In this document: piece after piece, positions 36,288 to 48,084 of the stretch
Layout of the letters: the number at the start of each line of letters is the position of its first letter
Numbering within the stretch: position 1 is the stretch's first letter
DNA from: Scyliorhinus canicula
Lineage: Eukaryota
Length of the DNA stretch: 64,000 nucleotides
Assembly (NCBI RefSeq): GCF_902713615.1
Contig: NC_052176.1
Span: forward strand, 10,120,243-10,184,242
Direction: 5' to 3'
Position numbers and translations under genes: made by a program
The notes under the pieces: model-generated
The model's input: the letters and a program-made list of their open reading frames with translations, nothing else
The model's database searches: none
Told to the model about the DNA's origin: nothing

Positions 36288-36667
36288 GTGGAGATGCCGG
36301 CGTTGGACTGGGGTGAGCACAGTAAGAAGTCTTACAACACCAGGTTAAAGTCCAACAGGTTTGTTTCAAACACGAGCTTTCGGAGCACGGCTCCTTCTTC
36401 AGGTGAATGGAAAGGCTTGTTCCAGAAATGTTTATATAGACACAGTCAGAGATGCCCCGGAATGCGAGCACCTGCAGGCAATCAAATCATCTTTGATGAT
36501 TTGATTGCCTGCAGGTGCTCGCATTCCGGGGCATCTCTGACTGTGTCTATATAAACATTTCTGGAACAAGCCTTTCCATTCACCTGAAGAAGGAGCCGTG
36601 CTCCGAAAGCTCGTGTTTGAAACAAACCTGTTGGACTTTAACCTGGTGTTGTAAGACTTCTTACTGT
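36288..36667. mobile_element. Palindromic Penelope pLTR-derived insertion with 11-bp TSD
   Basis: GCTCCCAAGTT at 36277-36287 and 36668-36678; 177-bp inverted arms 36315-36491 and 36495-36671 around a TTT loop. Confidence 0.88.
36581..36615 (+). ncRNA. Minimal type-I hammerhead ribozyme motif (mirror copy on the minus strand at 36371-36405)
   Basis: CAC-CTGAAGA-A-GGAGC-cgt-GCTCC-GAAA-GCT-C-GTG: CUGANGA core, 5-bp helix II, palindromic AGCU helix III, short CAC/GUG helix I, as in Penelope-like elements. Confidence 0.65.
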
Positions 36668-37270
36668 GCTCCCAAGTTAGGCGAGCAGATCCTCCAGCTT
36701 GTGGCGGGTTGCAGCGATCGCAACGGGATGTCCCTGTTCGCCATAAAGAAAGCTTTGTCTGGCAGCGGAGTGGATGTGGCCAAGCGCGGCTCCCAGATCA
36801 GGTTAACTATCAAGAGGAAGGTGGAGAAAGGCTCCCTGGTGCAGACAAAGGGACAGGGCGCCTCCGGATCCTTCAAAATCCCCAAGAAGGAAAGCCAGGG
36901 GAAAATGGGAAAGGTGAAGAAACCAACAGCCAATAAATCTTTAGTGAAGAAAACAGCGGCCAAGAAGGTGAGAACAAAGAAAACAGCAGCTCAAAAATCT
37001 CCAGCCAAGAAATCCGCAGCCAAGAAAACTCCAGTGAAGAAATCTACTGTCAGGAAAACAAGCAGCAAAAAGGCGGCAGCTGCAAAAAAGGCGGTGAAGA
37101 AAGCAGCGCTGAAGAAAAAGTCTCCTGGGAAGAAGGTCAGTGGCGGAAAGCCTTTAACAAAAGTGAATCAATGGAAGGCCAAGCCCAAAGTGAAAGCAGC
37201 AAAGGCTAAGAAAGCAGCGCCAGGAAAGAAGTGAAAGAACGCGAGCAAATTGTAAACCTCTGAACCCAAA

Positions 37271-37286
37271 GGCTCTTCTCAGAGCC
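37271..37286 (+). promoter_or_regulatory. Histone 3' stem-loop of H1 (HDE GAAAGAGCTG at 37302-37311)
   Basis: AAAGGCTCTTCTCAGAGCC. Confidence 0.9.
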
Positions 37287-37444
37287 GCCCACATCTCTCC
37301 GGAAAGAGCTGATCCCCCTTCAATTGATCCTTGTGCCGGCGCTGGGAGCAGATTTCAGATAGAAATTATTGTTATGAAATGGAAGGTTGCCGGTTTCTCA
37401 CTGACATGCGCTGTACCCAGCATCTCCCTCACTCTGTAATAAAA

Positions 37445-37644
37445 GTAAGAAGTCTTACAACACCAGGTTAAAGTCCAACAGGTTTGTTTCAAACACGAGC
37501 TTTCGGAGCACGGCTCCTTCTTCAGGTGAAGAAGGAGCCGTGCTCCGAAAGCTCGTGTTTGAAACAAACCTGTTGGACTTTAACCTGGTGTTGTAAGACT
37601 TCTTACTGTGCTCACCCCAGTCCAACGCCGGCATCTCCACATCA
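37445..37644. mobile_element. Second palindromic Penelope-derived insertion with 12-bp TSD
   Basis: TCTGTAATAAAA at 37433-37444 and 37645-37656; ~81-bp inverted arms centred on GG 37525-37526, inside the hammerhead core. Confidence 0.88.
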
Positions 37645-38259
37645 TCTGTAATAAAACACAGGGATGTCCGGGCCCCATTGCAACTGGGGATATGTCCGGC
37701 TTCTCTCTCAGTTTCTGCTCGTTTCCTTTTCACAGATTCAGGGGGAAGAGTGTATGAGACAGGAACCCGGGCGGAGAAAGCCCGCCTCACAACTCAAAGC
37801 CCAACACATGAGTTTGTGTCGTTCAGCTGGAGTGAAGTGTTAGGAAATTGTCCAACCGTCTGGGAGGGGAGGTGTGTGGGGATGGAGCAGAAACTGGGAT
37901 TGAAGTGGGAGCAGACGGGCTCACTGGCTCTGGAAAGGACTGGATTTCGGCGGCAATATTACTAAATGTTAATTGTAACAGCTCAGCACTGAAAAGCTGC
38001 TGGTTTCTGACCCAGTTGAATATGAGGCTCCAATCTGTAACCTTGGTGCCGAGTGTTGTGTTCACTTCCATTGTGGAGAATTGAATAATGTGGGTTGGAG
38101 CAGGCAGGAGGCGGAGCTGGATGGTCAAAGACATTTCACTGCTCTGCCTGTCACTCAGTCTGCTCCCCGCCTCTCTCTCTTTCTCAGTCAGGTCGGGGCG
38201 GGCTGTATAATAAAGGAAAGTGCAGCAGCTCATCTCTCATTCAGCAGCCATTTGACTGA

Positions 38260-38580
<321 letters not shown>

Positions 38581-38613
38581 GAAACTCAATTTGACAATTT
38601 GACAAAACCCAAA

Positions 38614-38629
38614 GGCTCTTTTAAGAGCC
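38614..38629 (+). promoter_or_regulatory. Histone 3' stem-loop of H4
   Basis: CCCAAAGGCTCTTTTAAGAGCC. Confidence 0.9.
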
Positions 38630-38770
38630 GCCCAATCCCTCACATGGAGAACACTGACCTTAGAATGACAGCAGAATAACGCATGCTCGATGGTTTGGCG
38701 AGGTATAACTGTTGAGACGGGTAGCGTCAAACCTGTAACCACGCATAATGAACACTGACATTGATCAGAT

Positions 38771-38902
38771 AAGTCTTCCAACACCAGGTTCAAGTCCAAC
38801 AGGTTTGTTTCAAACACGAGCTTTCGGAGCACTGCTCCTTGCTCAGGTGAATCAAAATTCTTACTGTGCTCACCCCAGTCCAACGCCGGCATCTCCATAT
38901 CA
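38771..38902. mobile_element. Third Penelope pLTR-derived fragment, two pieces in opposite orientation
   Basis: AAGTCTTCCAACACCAGG...CAGGTGAA joined to TTCTTACTGTGCTCACCCCAGTCCAACGCCGGCATCTCCA. Confidence 0.8.
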
Positions 38903-39416
38903 TTGTTCAGAGACACTGTTTGCATAACTGATCTGTAAACACCTCCTCCGTCCATCTCCCCAAGACCAGTCGCTAAACGAGTCAGTCAACGTTCCCTTTA
39001 ATAGTTTACGCTTTGCAATGAAATAACCGATATCACTGATCGGATTAAAACAATATACAATTCCGCCCCTCAATAGGAGCTTTATCCCAGTCTCTTGTAC
39101 AACAATCAGGGAGTAATTCTGAAATTAATCCGGGTGTTCAGGCATTGAGTCGAATCTGAGACAAAAATGGGAGCAGGAATCATTGAGATGTTTTTGATAT
39201 TCACAATTTGTGATTCAATTATTTCGGTTTTCCCAAATATCCGTTCCTTGTCCCTGTGAAATTGGCGGGCTTTTTGAAATTGATGGTTTGTCAGTTGCAG
39301 GTCCACCAATCAGGGCCCTGATATCCTTGCCGCCCATCGCTCTTTTCAAACTTGTCCACGGGATCGGGCTGCATCCAATGAGGAGAAGAGGGCGGTCACT
39401 ATAATGCCTTAAATAG

Positions 39417-39548
<132 letters not shown>

Positions 39549-39555
39549 AAACAAA

Positions 39556-39571
39556 GGCTCTTTTAGGAGCC
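39556..39571 (+). promoter_or_regulatory. Histone 3' stem-loop of truncated H3
   Basis: CAAAGGCTCTTTTAGGAGCCACCA (U-G at the top stem pair), followed by purine-rich GGAAGGGAGCT. Confidence 0.85.
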
Positions 39572-39715
39572 ACCAAGTCTGTCAGGAAGGGAGCTTCTCC
39601 ACCCAATTCCTCTCGGTTGACGTGTGATTTCGAATATAAGCATCGGCTTTCGGAAGATTTAGTGAAATACTCACATACACCAGAATTAATCGGATGGACC
39701 ACGGGTCACCCTTCT

Positions 39716-39877
39716 GTGAAATGAAAATGGCTTATTGTCACGAGTAGGCTTCAAATGAAGTTACCGTGAAAAGCCCCTAGTCGCCACATTGCGGCGCATG
39801 TTCGGGGAGGCTGGAACGGGAATTGAACCGTGCTCCTGGCCTGCCTTGGACTGCTTTAGCCTTGTGCTAAACCAGCC
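39716..39877 (-). mobile_element. Short tRNA-derived SINE
   Basis: GAAATGAAAATGGCTTATTGTCACGAGTAGGCTTC...GGGAATTGAACC...TGTGCTAAACCAGCCC; same family as the copies embedded in the 48-54 kb satellite. Confidence 0.7.
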
Positions 39878-40401
39878 CGCAGAGAATGGGTGGCTCTGAA
39901 AAAGCCTCCCGGTCCTGGTTAAGAGTCGCTAAATCGACAAATAAATGCTGCGACCTCCTGTTGCTGGTTCCAATGCTGAAGCCTCTCAACATTACAATTT
40001 ACGCTCCATTGGAATGGAGTTTCTCTCGTCTCCTTATCTCGGAAGGAGAATTGATGATAACATGAGGCTCCGAGTAAGAAACGAGTCACAAATATTAACT
40101 TATTGCAGAAACATCTACACATTAAATAGTCGAGCAGAAACTTCCGGAGAGATTACAGATCGCAGACTTCCTTATATGAGCAATATTATTGAAACTAAAA
40201 TCATTTCTGTTCACTGATACTTTTATCCGCAATAAACACCGTCAATTCACATGTATCATCTCTACAGAATATATAAATAATGGCGCGCACAGAATGCTCC
40301 AAGGATTGACGTCGTAAAGCGTAAAACATTTGCACATTAAGCAACAGAGCAGAATCTCTGACGGTCAGACAATAGTTAGGCCTTTTTCAGATAAAGTGAG
40401 T

Positions 40402-40417
40402 GGCTCTGGAAAGAGCC
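40402..40417 (-). promoter_or_regulatory. Histone 3' stem-loop of H2A
   Basis: Reverse complement CCCAAAGGCTCTTTCCAGAGCCACTC. Confidence 0.9.
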
Positions 40418-40447
40418 TTTGGGTTATTAGATTAAAGAATGGTCGCT

Positions 40448-40885
<438 letters not shown>

Positions 40886-42476
40886 TTACTGTTCTTATAA
40901 ACTGATAACTCCTCTGATTGGTCGCTGCTCAATTCACCTAATTTGCCTATATTCCCCACCAATCAGCTCCCTGGAAACAGAAGAGGGCGGAATTTACCCA
41001 CAACTACCAGCAGAAGCTGAGAATTTGTCCATTTCAAAAAGCCGCCAATTTCATTGTGGGAAAGGCGCGAATTCAAATAAAAGTCGTCCTTGGTCAGAGA
41101 TTTCAAATCCCTTCTATTTATTTGGTTTGATTCAGCGCTTCCCGTCACCAATCACAGGCGCGGGTTTAACATTTAGTTTAAATGTGGTTCATTCTCCTCC
41201 CGCTTTCTAACTGTCCCGGGCGGGAATCAATCCCTGTTCACAGCATTCCCGGAAGGAAAACGCTTCGTTCAGACTTCAGTCAGGACCGAGTGTCCTTCAC
41301 CGAAAACGGAGTGGGATCGAGTCCTCAGACTGTCCTTATTCCGCTCTGGGATAATCCCATTCCCGACTGTTACCCTGCGGAGAATTACTGGGAATAAAAT
41401 GATGGATCAATGAACATTTCAGGAATTGGGATTTCCTGCTAAAAACAGCAGCTGATGAGGTGATTTGGGGGCTGTGAAAATAACAGAATAATAACAGCTT
41501 TCAGCACAAAGCCAAGGCGGCGGAGTGAGTTCTGCCTGAACCAATCGGAGAGCTGGAGAGAAGGAGTTACAGGGTTTGATTGGCTGATATTTTCAAATTC
41601 CAAACTCGCGCCAATTTCATTGCAGGAAAACTCCCAAATAACGGAACGGCTCAATGTTCAGGAAACTATTTGAATGTCACACTTTGTGATCTGTTTACTG
41701 GATTTTCCCTCCCAGAATCCTGGCTCTATTTTAGGAACAGTTTGAATTTGTAACTCTCTTATCTGTAACCGGCGGTAATAAGACCCCGTTCAGCAATTTA
41801 AAACGGAGCAAATCTCAGCTGACTGCAAAAGCAGAAACATAGAGATTACCAACCAACTCCTTCACACAGGCCACACAGGGACAGAGAGAAAGGGCTGATT
41901 TCTGAGCCTCTCTCCTGAAAGCGGCCGGGAATGTTGCACTGGGAAGGGTGGAGAGAATCCCCGACTCTATCCCGCCGGTGGAACAGGCAGCTTTGTGTCC
42001 GGAGAATAGGGAGGGCCGGGGAGAGGCAGATCTTAAAGCGCTGCAATGGACACATGTCCTGTGTGTGCTCAAATCTCGCTGATTCCGCCCCCTGGGAAAC
42101 TGCGGAAATAACATCTTCATTCCCGCCTTTACTCTGTTCCGGTAGCGGGAAACACATCACCGAGAAAATAATAATAATTTCCTTATGAATTAAAATCGGC
42201 AGTTGTTAAACTATGAATATATTTATCAATAAACTTAAATTATTCCCTCCTGAAATTGTTTCTCCTCATTGTCCGTCACAAATACCAGACTGGGTTTAAA
42301 ATCCGCTCTCAATTCAGTTTGAGTGTCTATTCTGTGTGAAACTGTCTGTGACGGGCGGGTATGAAGCCACATTCACAACATTCTGGAACGGGACAAATCT
42401 CTATCCTCCAGAAAGAGATTTCTCATGAAGTCAATGCGGGAAAAGATGGTGCAGCATTTTCACAGAGATTGTGGGT

Positions 42477-42492
42477 GGCTCTTAAAAGAGCC
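42477..42492 (-). promoter_or_regulatory. Histone 3' stem-loop of H2B
   Basis: Reverse complement GGCTCTTTTAAGAGCCACCCA. Confidence 0.9.
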
Positions 42493-42529
42493 GTTGTGTT
42501 TGGGGTGGTTTTCAGTCCATTGTGCAGTT

Positions 42530-42916
42530 TTACTTGGAGCTGGTGTACTTGGTGACCGCCTTTGTCCCTTCCGACACGGCGTGCTTGGCCAGTTCCCCGG
42601 GCAGCAGCAGGCGCACGGCGGTCTGGATCTCCCGGGAGCTGATGGTGCGGCGCTTGTTGTAATGGGCCAGGCGGGAAGCCTCACCCGCGATACGCTCGAA
42701 AATATCGCTGACGAACGAGTTCATGATGCTCATGGCCTTGGATGAGATGCCGGTGTCGGGGTGAACCTGCTTCATCACTTTGTAGATGTAGATGGAGTAA
42801 CTCTCCTTCCTCGACTTTCGCCGCTTCTTGCCGCCCTTTACTGCTGGTTTCTTAATGACTTTCTTGGCTCCCTTCTTGGAATCTGGTTTCGATGTTAGTT
42901 TCTTCTCGTCAGCCAT
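42530..42916 (-). CDS. H2B: Histone H2B (128 aa, divergent N-terminal tail)
   Basis: [19 protein letters not shown]...[27 protein letters not shown]...AVTKYTSSK; ATG at 42916. Confidence 0.97.
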   Translation of the reverse strand: MADEKKLTSKPDSKKGAKKVIKKPAVKGGKKRRKSRKESYSIYIYKVMKQVHPDTGISSKAMSIMNSFVSDIFERIAGEASRLAHYNKRRTISSREIQTAVRLLLPGELAKHAVSEGTKAVTKYTSSK

Positions 42917-42961
42917 CTTCAGTTTCACCCAGAAATAAAGCAAACTCCTTCCGAGCGCTGC

Positions 42962-43115
42962 TTAAATAGACAGAGCCTCACATCTATGCTAATGAGGAAT
43001 GGGGAAAGGAATGATTGTGATTGGACATTGTGAAAATGAGGGCAGCAAGTTATGTTCTGTTTATTTGATTGGATATGTGAACAGACCAATCAGATTTAGG
43101 ATTTTCCACCAATCA
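42962..43115 (-). promoter_or_regulatory. H2B promoter: TATTTAA, octamer variant ATTAGCAT (42986-42993), multiple CCAAT boxes
   Basis: TATA-octamer-CCAAT order typical of vertebrate H2B promoters. Confidence 0.7.
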
Positions 43116-43274
43116 GAAACCTCTTTTCGATAAACAAGAAATACATTTCAGAAAGAATGTCTCCAGTCCCATTTTGTCAGTGGGTAAAGATTCACAGGGA
43201 AATGTCACCTGGCTGTCGGTTAGAGAGAGACCCTTCACCACAGAGCGACTGTGCGGGATTCCTTCAGGAACTGG

Positions 43275-43750
43275 GAGTGTGATTTACTCACTCTCTGATA
43301 CAGTGTGTGAGTGTGGGATTTACTCACTCTCTGATACAGTGTGTGAGTGTGGGATTTACTCACTCTCTGATACAGTGTGAGAGTGTGAGATTTACTCACT
43401 GTCTGATACAGTGTGTGAGTGTGGGATTTACTCACTCTCTGATACAGTGTGAGAGTGGGATTTACTTCCACTCTGATAGTGTGTGTGTGGGATTTACTCA
43501 CTCTCTGATACAGTGAGAGTGGGATTTACTTCCACTCTGATAGTGTGTGTGTGGGATTTACTCATTCTCTGACACAGTGTGAGAGTGTGGGATTTATTCA
43601 CTCTCTCATACAGTGCGTACGTGTGAGATTTACTCACAATTTGATACAGTGTGAATGTGGGATTTACTCTCACTCCGCTAGTGTGAGAATGTGGTATTTA
43701 CTCACTCTGATACAGTGAGAGTGTGGGATTTAATCACTCATAGGTACAGT
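43275..43750. repeat. ~36-bp minisatellite (GTGTGGGATTTACTCACTCTCTGATACAGTGTGTGA)n
   Basis: Direct periodicity, decaying toward the 3' end. Confidence 0.9.
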
Positions 43751-43870
43751 GTGTGTGTTTGTGTGAGTAATACTAAGATGAGGCCGAACCAACGTTCAAT
43801 ACAGTTCCAGCATAACCTGTGTGTTCTTAAACTCTGTGCCTCAGCTAATAGAGACAATGGTTCCATAGGC

Positions 43871-44963
43871 CCGGTGTAATGAACTCCAATTGGCTTTATT
43901 GGTTGGACAATTGGAGTATGAGCTCCCTCAGTGATAGCTGATTGAGGGGGCCCATATAATCAGCTGTGTAGGCTTTGTGAGCTAGTCTTAAGTTGACTGG
44001 ACTGCTAGCAGCACTGTTTGCAGCTGCTCCTGTAATATCGTTATTGAAAATAAATATTGGTGTGGTGACTGAACTCCTGCCTCCCGTGGGTTACTACACC
44101 CGGGGTTTTCAAGCTCAGGGTCATGACCTGTGGGCAGATCTCGAGATGGTTTCAGAAGGGTGACGGTGATCCAAATCGTCAGAGGAATGGCCAATGGTCA
44201 CGATTCGCACTTAAAAATGCCGGCAGTGATAAGACGTTAGAGATTGTCGGCCATTCTGCACATGTGCACTTTATGAAGTAGTGCACAGGCCCGGAGCCCA
44301 GCAATGTGGACCGGCTCCTCCTGATGTTAGCGCGCTGTCCCGGGCCACTTTTTTTTCAGGAAATTATGCAGACCTCCCACCGGAAGTGGTGGCAGAGAGC
44401 AGGTCACATGCCTCATGCGCTGACATCACGTATTGTGGGCACGAGAGAGGTTCCTTCGTTTTGCTGCTGCCAGCAGTGCTGGTGTGACCTCCAGGGCCTC
44501 TGGTCAACTACCTGAAGATCCCTTGACGAAGCTGAAAACAGGAACAAAGCAGCACAAAGATGATTATTTGAGGGGTGGGTTTATAAATTGTGCCACTGCA
44601 ATCAGGAATCACATTTCATGGGTGTTACATGCAGGGAATTACTGGCAAATGAAAGATTAAAACCCTCAAAACGTCAGAGACATTTGAAGACTTAGCATGG
44701 CGAGTTCGAGGACAAACTTCTGTAATTTTTTCCAATGGATGCAGTGAGATCTTAAATCATCAGCTGAAGCCATTATCAGAAATGTAACATTGAATAACAA
44801 AGCAGTGAGATGGTGGGGACCAAGCAGGCTCACCTGTCACAAAGTGAAAATGGTGGTTCGCGAAAATCAGCTGGCAATGGTCGCAAAGGCCGGTCAGTGT
44901 GGGTCCCAAAGGCTGGTCAGTTGGTAAAAATGGGACCCCGGCAAAACAGTTTGATACATACTG
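43871..44963 (+). mobile_element. Non-autonomous hAT-type DNA transposon
   Basis: 8-bp TSD CCATAGGC (43863-43870, 44964-44971); degenerate TIR (CCGGGGTTTTCAAGCT / AGTTTGATACATACTG); DDYLRGGF transposase N-terminal relic. Confidence 0.7.
43875..44098 (+). mobile_element. Solo LTR (224 bp)
   Basis: TGT...ACA termini, internal TATA-like element and AATAAA, 5-bp TSD CCCGG (43870-43874, 44099-44103). Confidence 0.75.
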
Positions 44964-44971
44964 CCATAGGC

Positions 44972-47090
44972 TTTCTTAACCATTGTATCCAGCTGCTCTG
45001 CTACCTTAAGATACTGGTGTCCATGCACACCAAGATCCCTCCGGTCCTTAGTGCTTCCCAGCATCCTGCCATTTATCATGTATTCTCTTGTCTTGTTTGT
45101 CCTGCCCAACTGCATCTCTTCCAGATTGAATTCCATTTGCCACTGATCAGTCCATCTGTGTCCTCCTGTATTTGAAGGCTATCCTCCTCAATATTTACCA
45201 CCCAAGCAAATTTCATATCATCAGCAAACTTACTGATCAACCCTCCTATATTCATATCTAAAGCTTTTATCTGAACCACAAACAGCACGGGCCTCAACAC
45301 TGATCCCTGTGGGAACCCACTGGACACAGTTTTCCAGTCAGAAAAACACAACTCCACCAACAGCCTCTGCTTCCGGCCACTCAGCCAATTTTGGATCCAA
45401 TTTGCCAAATTGCCTCAGGTCCCACAGGCTGTGACCTTCGCTGTCAGTCTCCCATGTGGGACCTTATCAAAAGCCTTGCTAAAGTCCAAGTAGACTACGT
45501 CAAAATGCATTTCACTGATATACACCCCTGTTCACCTCTTTGAAAAATTCAATCAAGTTGGTCAGACATGTCCTCCCCTTAACAAAACCATGCAGACTGT
45601 TCCTGATTAATCCCTACCTCTACAAATGCAGATTAATTCTGTGTCTCAGAATGGCTTCCAATAGTTTCCCCATCACTCAGGTTAGACTGCTTGGCCTGTA
45701 GTTTCCTGGTTTATCCTTTCCTCCCTTCTTCAATAATGGTACCACATTGGCAATCCTCCAGTCTGCCAGCGCCTCTCCTGTGGCCAGAGAGAAATTGAAA
45801 ATTATTGCCAGTGCCCCTGCTATTTCCCCCTTGCCTCACTCAGCAGCCTGGGATACATTTCATCTGGCCCTGGAGCTTTGTCTACTTTTAAGCCTCCCAC
45901 TCAGAACATCCTCTCTGTCCATATTAACCTCTTATTACTGTACCCACACTGTCCTTCTCACAGGTGGACACCGACACAAAATACTCATTCCGAACCCTAC
46001 CTCCATCCTCCAGTTCAACACACAAGTTACCACTGTGCTCTGTCATGGGCCCTACTCTGTCCTGAATTATCATTTTACCGTTAATGTACTTGTAAAACAA
46101 CTTTATTTTACGTGCATGTTTCTTTTCAAGCCCCCTTTTCGCTCTCCTAATTTCTGTTTTCAGTTCCCTCTGGCACATTCTGTACACCTCGAGAGCTTCT
46201 GCTGTTTTGAGCCATCGATATCTCCCACAAGCCTCCCCTTTTCTACTGATCCAACGCTGTATATCCCTCAATATCCATGGTTGACTGGATTTGTTGGTCC
46301 CACCCTTTTCTTGATTGGAACATGTTGGCCCTGTACTCTCCCTATTTCCTTGTTGAATGTGTCCCACTGTTCTGTCACAGATTTACCTTAAGTTCTCTGC
46401 TCCCTATCTACTCTGGCCAAATCATATCTGATCTTATTAAAATCAGCCTTCCTCCAATCGAGAACTTTGATCTATCCATCCATGTCCTTTTCCAGAACTA
46501 TCTTGTACTGAATGAATTATGATCACTGTCTGCAAAATGCTCCCTCAACGATAAATCAACCACTTGCCCAGCTTAGTTACTGAAAATGAAGTCCAAGACC
46601 CCCTGTCTGGTCTGACCTTCTACGTATTGACTTAAAAAGTTCTCCGGGATGCATTTTACGAATTGCACTCCCTTTAAACCGTTCACACTATGACTACCCC
46701 AGTTCGTATTGAGGAGGTTGTAATCCCCCACTATCACACCCCTATTACTTTTCCACTTCTCTGAAATTTACTTACATATTTGCTCTTCTATTTCTCTCGG
46801 ATAGTTCGGGGGCCTATGGAACACTCCAGCAATGTTCCTTTTTGGTTTTTAAGTTCTACCCATTTGGCTTCAGTTGAAGAGCTTTCTAAGATGCCATCTC
46901 TCCCTCCTGATGTAATTCATTCCTCGATCAAAATTGCGACACCCTCTCCTCTTTTACCTCCTGCCCTATCTCCCCTGGAGATCCTGTTGAGCTTCCATCC
47001 TTCCCCCCCTCCCAACCGTGATTCAGTGACAGCAAATACATCATAACCGCATGTTCTCACTTCATCTACCTTGTTCGTCAGACTCGCAAT
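44972..47090 (-). mobile_element. CR1 LINE ORF2, decayed (continues at ~43770-43862)
   Basis: WIQNWLSGRKQR...GFPQGSVL.P.LF...ISKFADD RT motifs; EIRRAKR...KLFYKYI linker. Confidence 0.9.
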
Positions 47091-48084
47091 CTCGCTGTGG
47101 TATATACCGCATACTTACTGTTTACAATTCAGTTAGCGGTTTGTGTGTGTGTGGGAGTTTTATCCTCAATGTCCCTGTGATATATAACACATTTTACTGC
47201 TTACTGATCAGATATTGATGAGTAACTGTGTGTTCGTATGTGTGAGAGAGTCGTCATGAATGTGTGCGAAAGTGTGTATTACCCTCACTGTCTCTCTTTG
47301 ATACATCACACATATTTTATTGCTTACTGTGTGAGTGTGTGCGTGCGTGCGAGAGAGAGAGAGAGAGTGTGGGAGAATGTGTGTGAGAGTGTGTGATTGC
47401 GAGAGCGAATGTGTGTGTGTGTGTATGTGTCAGTTTTCCCCTCACTGCCTCTGTGATATATAATGCATATATTAGTGTCTGCTGCTCAGTTACTGGGATG
47501 TGAGAGTGTGTGTGTGAGAGAGAGAGACAGCGCGTGTGTGTGAGAGAACATGTGTGTGAGAGAGTAAGCGCATGTGTGTTTATGTGAAAGAGTGCGTATG
47601 TGTGAGAATGTGTGTGTGAGCATATTTGTGAGAGGGTGCACCTCTGTGCATTTTAACCTCATTGTCTGTGATATATGATGCAAATTTTACGATTTATTGC
47701 TCAGTTACTGTTGTGTCAGAGAGTATGTGAGAATCAGAAAGTGTGTGACTATGAAAGAGTGTAAGAGTGTGTGAGGGACTGTGTACAAGAGTGTGTGTTA
47801 GTCTGTGTGAGGCAGTGAGTGAGTGTGAGAAATAGTCTGCAGGAGTGTGAGTGTGTGGGGAGAGAGTGTGTGTGCTTTACCTTCATTGTCTCTCTGTGAT
47901 ATATAACATATTTTACTGGTGTGCAAGTGTGTGTTCATCCTCACTGCCTGTCTATCATATATAACATTTTACTGCTTACTGCTGAGTTACTGAAGTGTGA
48001 GAGTGGCGAGAGTGTATTTTACCCTCACTGTCCCTGTGCAGTCTATAATGCATATTTAACTGCTGACTGCTCAGTGACTGGTGG

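Larger units (their letters stand above)
36178..37234 (+). pseudogene. H1: Histone H1 gene interrupted by a 391-bp insertion (reconstructed protein 221 aa)
   Basis: ATG at 36178 gives MTETAAAQTAPPAAPAPGKSPRKKKAAPRSKAAAPK. Removing 36288-36678 joins in frame to LGEQIL...GSLVQTKGQGASGSFK and the Lys/Ala-rich tail. With the insert there is an early TAA. Confidence 0.92.

Noticed and set aside
36285-36680. H1 insertion as a spliceable GT-AG intron
   Set aside because: Nearby GT (36285, 36288) and AG (36676, 36680) combinations remove 389, 392, 393 or 396 nt. None is congruent to 391 mod 3, so the frame is not restored.
36515-37234. 239-aa ORF as an H1 variant with a novel N-terminus
   Set aside because: It starts at a non-ATG codon inside the inserted palindrome; the real ATG is at 36178
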